DNA of 64,000 bases. Origin: the human T2T-CHM13v2.0 reference genome, Homo sapiens. The notes under the pieces are model-generated. The model did no database searches, was not told the origin of the DNA, and saw only the letters and a program-made list of their open reading frames with translations. The DNA lies in NCBI RefSeq assembly GCF_009914755.1, contig NC_060932.1. One strand, given 5' to 3'. Positions 61,576 to 64,000 of this stretch are shown piece after piece (within the stretch, counting starts at the first letter, position 1; every line of letters starts with the position of its first letter). Made by a program: the position numbers and the translations under genes.

Positions 61576-61846
61576 ATTTTTATAGATTTAGGGGGTACAA
61601 GTGCAGTTTCATTACATGGATGTATTGTGTAATGGTGAAGTCTCGGCTTTTTGTGTAGCCATCACCTGAATATAGTGTACATTGTACGCATTAAGTAATT
61701 CCTCATCCCTTTCCCACAACCTCCACCCTTCTGAGTCTCCAGTGTCTATAATTCCACTTTCTGTGTCCACGTGTACACGTTATTTAGCAGCCACTTATAA
61801 GTGAGAACATGCAGTATTTGACTTTCTGTTTCTGAGTTATTCATGA
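61576..61846 (-). mobile_element. L1PB/L1MA-like 3' fragment
   Basis: GGGGGTACAAGTGCAG...CCACTTATAAGTGAGAACATGCAGTATTTGACTTTCTG. Flanks CCACAATTATTA / CCAGAATTATTA. Confidence 0.8.
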
Positions 61847-62214
61847 CCAGAATTATTATTCTAATTATTGTGAAATAAAAATTATGCCTGACTAAAATGA
61901 CTGAATCCAGAACTTCACCATAATCCATCTATCTCCTCCGTGAGTCAGTGCATATTACCTATTCCAATGACCTCTTCAGTACTGTAAATATTACTGTGTT
62001 CCTTTTATTTACTTAATAAATAGATGTCAAATGTGTGGAAAACAACATTTGTTTTTTCAAATACATGTTTATAACACCCTTTGGAGGAAGTAAGCCTCTA
62101 GAACATGACAGTCTCTGGGGTATGCTATTTTCAGGTAATTTTAAATGTCGCTTTCCAACAAAAATGCAATACTATTATCTTTTTTTTTAATGACAAAGAA
62201 AAGCAAAACAAGTA

Positions 62215-62309
62215 TTATATTGGTGCAAAAGTAATGCAGTTTCTGCCATTTCTCTTAATGCCATTACTCGTAAGGGCAGAAATGACCATTACTTTTGCAT
62301 CAACCTAAT
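62215..62309. mobile_element. MADE1
   Basis: TTGGTGCAAAAGTAATG ... CATTACTTTTGCATCAACCTAA, with an internal ~15-bp duplication. Confidence 0.85.
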
Positions 62310-63079
62310 ACCTCCAGATTTTAGATATTTGAGTGCCATTGCTTGATATATCTTTTGTTTTTTCTTCTGGAAATTTTGGTTACTTTAGTTGCATAAAGGA
62401 TGACTTCCATTATACCCTGTTAAGCATCTCTGTCTGGTCAGAAGCTACTACTCTGTTCTTTCTAGTTCAGTAGGGAACAATCAGTTTCCTTCTCAATTTT
62501 CAGCTAATCTTTATGAATGAAATTTGATTAAATCTAGCAAAACTATGCAAACATCATAACAGCATATGGGGAGCCTTCCTGTAGTACCAGTGGGCTATTT
62601 CCGTCTAATAACAGATTCAAAAAATCCAATTAGACAGTTTGAAAAAAGAAAGCCAGAGTTAAAAATATCTGACTGTTTGACTGAGAACAGCAGGGAATGG
62701 TTTATAGGCCAATCATTTATGGTGAATAGGATCTTAGTGGTGAGCAACTCACATCTCTAGCCCATTAGAATAATTTGTTACTCATATTGCTCCTAAAGCT
62801 TTCTACTTAATTATACCAAGTTAAATAGCAGACATTCTCACTCCCTTTTGATGGAAAATCACATTTATTCACCCACACAATACCATCCTTGGGTGTTAAG
62901 GGATGAGAGTTGACCTAATGGGAAGACAAACAAATGGTTTAGGAAATGAGACATGATTTTTTTACACAAAGGTTAATGCACGAGAAAAGAAATGCCTAGG
63001 TCTCTGTCTAATGTCTATGTGTTCTCATCGAATAATTCTTAAATGACCCTATTTAGTTTGATTTTCTAACTACATTAGA

Positions 63080-63890
<811 letters not shown>

Positions 63891-64000
63891 ATCATGTAGA
63901 TGAGTGCAAAATGAACACAGAGATTAAGATCATGGGCTTTTCAATGAAGGTCTGAGTTTGAATCCTGTCTCTGCCATTTACTAGCAATATAATTTCAGGA

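Overview
Human non-coding genomic DNA (intergenic or deep intronic). It is AT-rich and CpG-depleted, with no CpG island and no host protein-coding exon I can support. A near-consensus AluYb8, a human-specific subfamily, points to Homo sapiens. The window is dominated by interspersed repeats: about 17 Alus, one full-length but disabled L1PA4-like LINE-1 (26280-32416) nested inside an older L1 3' fragment, other L1/L2/MIR fragments, MaLR and ERV1 solo LTRs, three MADE1 mariner MITEs, and two 5S rRNA pseudogene fragments. Almost all listed ORFs are repeat-derived or chance. I found no evidence for a new gene system. The most unusual signals are mechanistic scars: an inverted 5S rRNA/L1 chimeric retro-insertion bounded by one apparent TSD (46987-47715), a second 3'-truncated 5S retrocopy, a MADE1 carrying an inverted templated copy of its own flank, and a target-site-deletion-type L1 insertion. 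Repeat subfamily names come from recalled consensus sequences and need RepeatMasker/Dfam confirmation.
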